From positions 1 to 64,000 of the forward strand of contig JBFLGF010000018.1 of the NCBI GenBank assembly GCA_050230475.1: 64,000 nucleotides of DNA. The letters run 5' to 3'. Positions 58,140-64,000 of the stretch are shown here, piece by piece (the first letter of the stretch is position 1; each line of letters opens with the position of its first letter). A program made the position numbers and the translations under genes. The notes beneath the pieces are model-generated. The model made no database searches, had not been told where the DNA came from, and was given only the letters and a program-made list of their open reading frames with translations. This DNA comes from Ancylonema sp. (Eukaryota).

Positions 58140-61100
58140 TCATGTCGAGGTTGGCCTTTGTTTCTCCAACAAGAAGCTCGAATACTTTCTTGTTTCTTCC
58201 CGATATCTCTTCACCTCTTTCACAAACGAAAGGACCACATGAACGGTAACAGGTACAAAAAAGGGCTGCACACGCCCACACCAAAAAGTAATTGATCCAT
58301 CAATGAGCCCACCATGAAATCATGATCCCAACGATCTCCATTCTCGTCAAAGGTTACCAATCGTGAGGCGCCGTGACTCGTAGCATCCCAAGATGCGGAA
58401 ATGGAAGAATTCATTAAATCTTTCCTGTTGCCACCTACTCAAAGTAGAAGGTAGTTAGAAAGTGGAGCCTACCGCATACACCGCCACAAGGTGTTCGAGT
58501 GGATTGTAGAGAAGCGACATAACGGAGGGGTCAAAAAAAGCTTCCTCTGCCTTTGACCGGGCTTGCACGGCTGATTGTGCGAATAGGATTTGGTTTGCGT
58601 TTTGGGCGAAACTCTCGGCAGCGGTTATGGACGTCAACGCTGACGTCACATGACGACCAATTTCGTCCTTGATGACCATCCGGGGAAGCGACTTCACCTT
58701 CATTGGTAGAAGAAAGGAGATGTCAATTTAAAAGGTGATGTCTCTTTGGGAGGTGAAGAAAAGTACATTGATTCCATACTGGCTAAGAATTGGCGTACCG
58801 AGTGTTGATGCACTGCAATACAACACATCTATGGGTAGATACAGCGACCAAATCAAACGAAAAATAAATTATGAAATGATTTTAATATTTTCTCAGCCCG
58901 TTCCGAGGAGTTGGGGTAACGGTTCCCTACATGTCGAACTGCGATCCCCGAGGATGGGAAATAGGAATGGGTGCCAGGTTAGGAACGGATTTCTTATCCT
59001 ACCCCTTCTTTTCATGGGCAGCCAAAGTGAACAAATTGTACCAAATCACTTTTTCTACCCACGTTCCCTAATCACCCCCCAGCTCCCCCCCCTCACCAGA
59101 TTCGCCAACGACCCCAAGGCAGATACCGCCTCCCCCACATCCTCCTTCCCCCTCCCCCTCGTCAGCGCCATCACCTCCCAGTCAGCAAACCCAGACTCCT
59201 CTTCAAACAGGGCCCGGACAGGCCCCATCCCCCCCCCCTTACCCCCCTTACCCCCCCCCGGGTTTTCGAAAAGGGGGACCCCGGGGAGCCCAAAGAGGGT
59301 CCGTAATTGGGCGACGAAAGTACCGAAATATGGACTCAATTCTTCAACGCCCAGTCTCCCCCCCCCGGGGTTGGCGTTGAAGATGGCCACCCCCCCCCAC
59401 CCCGGGGAGATGAAGGCGTCTGTTGGGGACAGGCGGCCACTAGACAGGCGAAGGTGGAGGGGGGAGTGGGAGGGGGAGGGGATGTATCTGGGGGGGGGAA
59501 GAAGAGGGGTTTTGTCAAGGGGCCAGACGAGAAGGGGAAAGGGGGAAGGGGGTAGGGAGAAGGGGGGAGGGGGAAGGGGGATGAGTACACGACAAAGTGG
59601 AGGAGGCGTGAGCGGCTGGCAGCTCCTGCTGAAGTGTCCAGGTGCCATTCGTTGGAGTTCACAAAGAAGGGCCAATCAGAGGCTGCCACCTCATAGGACT
59701 GGGTGGAAGGGTTCCAGGAAGCTTCCGCCCCATGGGGGGTGTAGTAGAGCACCTGGCCAGGTGATGGCAACAGACAGAGCGAAAAGGGAAGAGAAAAGGA
59801 GGAACACAGAAGCCCACTGTAATGAAAAGGCAATCTCAAGCTCTGGAGATCCTTGTTTGCTTCAACAATAACGAATAGCATCTGTACAGGGGTAGGGGAT
59901 AGGGTTGCCACCCCCGACCTGACTCTCCACGGTTAACCGCACCGCTGGCGCCAGGGCCTCCACTACCGGGACTAGAAACCGTTTTTCCACTTCCTCGAAA
60001 TCCCTGCCAGAGAGAACTTACCACACCCGTTCACATGCGCCCTGAAACCAGTACATCGCACCCGCCCCCCTCACCAGTTGTACACCTGTTGACTAGGATC
60101 CGCATTCAGGAGAGTGAAGGACAGGATGGCTTCCCCAGAGGCTGACACTGGAAGACCTTTGCCAGGTGGCGCCTTCTCAGAGCCCCCCCCCCGCAGGAAG
60201 TAGTGGGAAACCAGCCGGGCAGCAAGAGGGAGAGTGTTGCCCTGGAAGGTGGCATGCGTGAGCCCGCAGGGCAGAGTGAAGGCATGTCTGTGAGTGCCTA
60301 CGACAGCTGGGGGGGAGGGGGGTGGGGAGGGGGGGGTGTTGATGATGAAGATGGTGAGGGAGTCTGGGGGGGTGGGGGGGTTGGAAAGGAGGTAGTGGTG
60401 GAGCCAGCTGTCGAGTCTTTCGTCTTCCTGCAGGGGAGGTGCTGACTGCAGCTGGTGGTGAGGGGTGCTGACGTCAGCGTGATTACTGTGGTGGAGATCT
60501 CCCTTCGTGGTACTGGTATCGGATTCGGTATCTGATTCGGAATCGGATTCGCCAGCGAGGGCAGCCAGAAATGATCGACACTCAAAGGTATGATCTAGTC
60601 GGAGACTGAAGTGGATCCGACTCTCGTTTGAAGTCAGGCCAGAGATTTGGTGGAGGATATCCGTTTCGTTTGACGGTTGCAGCCAATCGAACGGGGCAGA
60701 ACTGGATTCTGCCTCTGACTCGTGGCTGTACTGAGCGCAGTCAGCAAGGTGGAGAGTGACACGCACGGGTGGCGTGATTGGATGGGAGGACAGCCGCGAG
60801 GCGTAGGAGGATATTTGGGCGAATGGGAGGTGGGCGCGGTGGATTGCAGTAGAGAGGTACCAGACTGGGACACCTGGCACACAGTTAGTGGGGGAGGGTT
60901 CATTAGGGCATTGTCATGCTGACACGTCATTCTTCTCGATGGCACAGTGGTTTGTCGTACCCCGTGGTGTGTGGAAAAGGTACCAGAATCTGACTCGGAA
61001 TCGGCACTGTTACCGATAGTGACCACTTATTTCACAATGTTGTCAGCGAGTCGTACCCGCCAGGAATCCCACTAGGGTACTCAGTGTCACCAGGAGGCGC

Positions 61101-61288
61101 TTAACGCCTGGAGGCTTCGAACGATGTGCCGGAGCGAACGGATTCTGAACAGCTTGGTCCAACCCATCATTGCCCTCCGGGACTCGTCCCGACTGGTTGC
61201 CGGCCGTTGAATCTCTCGATACTTCCGTCACCCCTCTGTCAGAGTCGGCCGACGAGCCCTGATTTGTTGCGGTAATATGTATACTCAT
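58140..61288 (-). CDS. PIGS: GPI transamidase subunit PIG-S (alternative upstream in-frame ATG at 61318)
   Basis: Exons 61288-61057, 60873-60075, 60003-59919, 59752-59589, 59487-59097, 58697-58473, 58265-58140, all in phase. N-terminal TM plus STAIHRAHLPF, FTLLNADP…WDF, VESQVLYYTP, FVNSNEWHLD, FISPGWGGV, AEEAFFDPSVMSLLYNPLEH, and C-terminal TM. Confidence 0.93.
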
Positions 61289-61542
61289 GGCGCCTGCGGA
61301 AAAAATAGGTGGTTCCATTGCCGGTTGTTTTTACGCTGTAAAAGGGCCACCATCATGCATGTACCCTCCTAGCATCCCCAAATTGCGTCTTCGCATGTGT
61401 ATCGGCGCCCTTCGGAGAGATCTTGTGAGAGGTCATCTAAAGAAACCTGCAGTCCCAATATGGTTTCCGCACGTGCGGGGGGAGCAGCACGCATTTCGTG
61501 CAGGAGGTTGTCATCTGCCACGTGATAGCCCCGTGTTGCCAG

Positions 61543-64000
61543 TAGGGTGGGGCCCAACCGCCAGAATCTCATCGGTAGGCCCAACCGCCAACCGCCTTCA
61601 ACCGCCACCCAACTGGCCCAACCGCTGCCCAACCGTCTTACCGCCACCCAACCGTCCAACCGGAATCCTCCCGCCCAGCCGCCCCCCAACCGCCCAACCG
61701 CCACCCGACCGCCCAACCGCGAACGGTTGGAAGGCGGTTGGGCCGGTTGGGTGGCGGTTGGAAAATAAAGGCATTGTTGTGGGCCACAACTTGTGGGGTA
61801 CGCTTCGTATAATGTTTTGTAACAGTGAATATATTGGTGGTAGATACAAACGATCGTGCGATTATAGATCACACGGTTATTCACGATGGTCAATGGTGTG
61901 TTTCACAGTACATTTCGTATGTTGCTCGTTACGAAAAGGTTAGCATGACTTATCGTTTTTCTTTAAACATATATGATGTTGAGGAATTGATTCCCTCTTT
62001 CATCGCAGTGATAATATTTCTGCATACAAAATTGTGTTTGGCTAGAACATAAGGTCCACAACTGTTCCTCATCACAAGTCATTGAAAGTGTACAAGATAG
62101 TAGGCATCCGGAATACAATTCTTGGAACTTTTCGCACTTCTTGGTATGTTGATGGTGTGCAATTACATTATGCAACGACGATACACGGACGCAACAAAGC
62201 GTTCACCCACTCATAGGGACTCCGAACACGTATTAAAATGCAATAATGCAGTAATGTACAAATTATGTAAGTAATAGAAAAGAAACGACAGCCAATCGGT
62301 TCAATGCGACACTAATCATCAGTGAACATTTCATATTTGGTTGTGAGGCACATGTGTTCGATATATTTTGGCCTGTCTACATCTCTGACGCCAGACGACG
62401 TCCCTTCCTGCAGTTTGATGCCGCGTCCGAAGTAATCGCTAGCACCTTCACGCCATATTCCATTTCGAGCCTTCCAATCACCTCCGTGATCCTCGTCGCT
62501 ATAAACTCCCCGGTCTCTTTCTCCTTGGTTTCATCCGACACATGGAAAGGGGATGTCTGAAACAAGGTGGGGAAAGAAAATGTTAGTAAAATACCACGAT
62601 AAACGTATATAAACAACACTTATAGCACGAAGATGTCTTCACCAATCCGTCATTTCATAGACTAGCCACCCGAGCAAGTTTTGAAGTATGCCTCCCGTCA
62701 ATTATAAGTACCTCTCGGTCGTTGGAAACAGCTGACCACCCGAGCATGTTCAGTCGTCTCGAATTCCTCCACCCGTCAAACATAAGAGTGACCCCTGATC
62801 CACCCAAGAAAAGAACATGGAAGCCATTACATAGAAGACAATTATAATCAAGAAATAGAAGTGTATAGTTAAGAACCAACCGCCACCCGACACAATAAGA
62901 TGTAGGTTAGTGAGGAGTGGAATGTAATTGGCAGAGTCGGAATCGAGGGTACCTCGTGCCACTCGCAATTTCTGACGTGTGATCTCATGGTAACTTTTCG
63001 CCACACGGTCGAGCACCGCCCCCGCCATGTACTTCCTCGATAGCATACTCGCTGCAGGACGGAGAAGCTCGAAGACTCTCATGGTGCTGGGCCTTTCCAG
63101 CCATCTAAATGTCATGTTACAGTCGATGATCATGATCAGTATGGCGTCCTCCAATTGCTTTCTCTGAGATGCTGTCAGGGGATGGTCGGCGTAAGGCAAA
63201 TGCAGAGTGGTCTGTCTCATCCCCGTGGTACCACCTGACTCCTTTATTCCTAGTCTCGTTTTCGGCTTGGTTTTTGGCGTCTATATATTTATGCAGCTGT
63301 TTTTTCGTTTGGATTTGTGTCGCAGATTTGAAACAAGGACAGTCATTCACCAAGTGTCTCAACATTTGTTTCTGCGACGCCTGACATGTCCACCCAATTT
63401 TATCTTCCTTCCATCTTCCTTCACAATTTTTACAGATAGCTTGGGCATGCTTTTTATTTGCCATCATATACTCTCTCCCGTCTGAACTTCTGCGTTTTTT
63501 TAAGTTGCCACTGCCCTCTATCCCCTTTGTCTCCAACATTAGTTTGTCTATATCTGCAGACGACATGCATCGTGTGCCAGCATCAATTCTTTCCCAGGTG
63601 TCATCCATATCGTCGTACATTTCGGTCATCGTGTTTGCAATGGATGGATTACATATTTCAAGAAAATTTCGAAGGAAAGAAAGCAAGAAGTGTGGCATTG
63701 AAATTGCAGACTTGGGCACCAAATTTCGGCGAAGAGGTAATGTTCTGAAGTGCAGACTTGGGCAACAAATTTCGACGAAGAGGTAATGTTATGTAGTTGC
63801 GGAGTCGTAGTCGACTGCAAGATCGGTTCAATGCTTTTTGATTGGTTGAGTCTTGTTAAGACGAATGGCTGTAATCCGCACCATATCCTTCAACCTATAC
63901 AGGAATATCTATATCTATCCCCGACGCCCAACCGCCACCCAACTGCTCCAACCGCCACCCAACTGCCCAACCGCTACCCAACCGCCCAACCGCTACCCAA
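61543..64000 (-). mobile_element. hAT element with degenerate, truncated intron-containing transposase; continues beyond the window
   Basis: TAGGGTGGGGCCC terminus; CCAACCG subterminal repeats at both ends. BED-like AICKNC…MLRHLVNDCP, IIDCNMTFRWLE, VTLMFDGW and ITSDAASN motifs; frameshift near 63220 and stops. Confidence 0.88.

Noticed and set aside
58735..59871. 378-aa + strand ORF
   Set aside because: Antisense shadow of GC-rich PIG-S exons and introns.
60022..60041. Possible PIG-S micro-exon (tttcag…gtaagt)
   Set aside because: It would leave implausibly short flanking introns; the direct 71-nt intron restores the conserved WDF motif.

Overview
Eukaryotic nuclear DNA with spliceosomal introns and plant-type genes. 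The gene content suggests a streptophyte alga or other early-diverging green plant (inference). Host genes: a single-exon mTERF12-like gene (-), a multi-exon four-EF-hand CDPK (-), CPSF30-L (3x CCCH plus YTH, +) with an in-frame TAG inside the YTH domain, PIG-S (-), and an intron-retaining, frameshifted NUP214-like fragment (+). Most of the rest is transposon-derived. There is a three-level retrotransposon nest (a PHD-finger-integrase Ty3/gypsy, a Tcn1-like gypsy with a -1 frameshift site, and a half-tRNA-primed copia), a ~1048-bp x3.1 tandem array of an LTR-like unit, a second internally deleted copia, solo LTRs, many hAT, Tc1-mariner, Mutator and Harbinger non-autonomous elements (most with visible TSDs), and a degenerate hAT transposase running off the right end. 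All family assignments come from motif recognition by eye; no searches were run.
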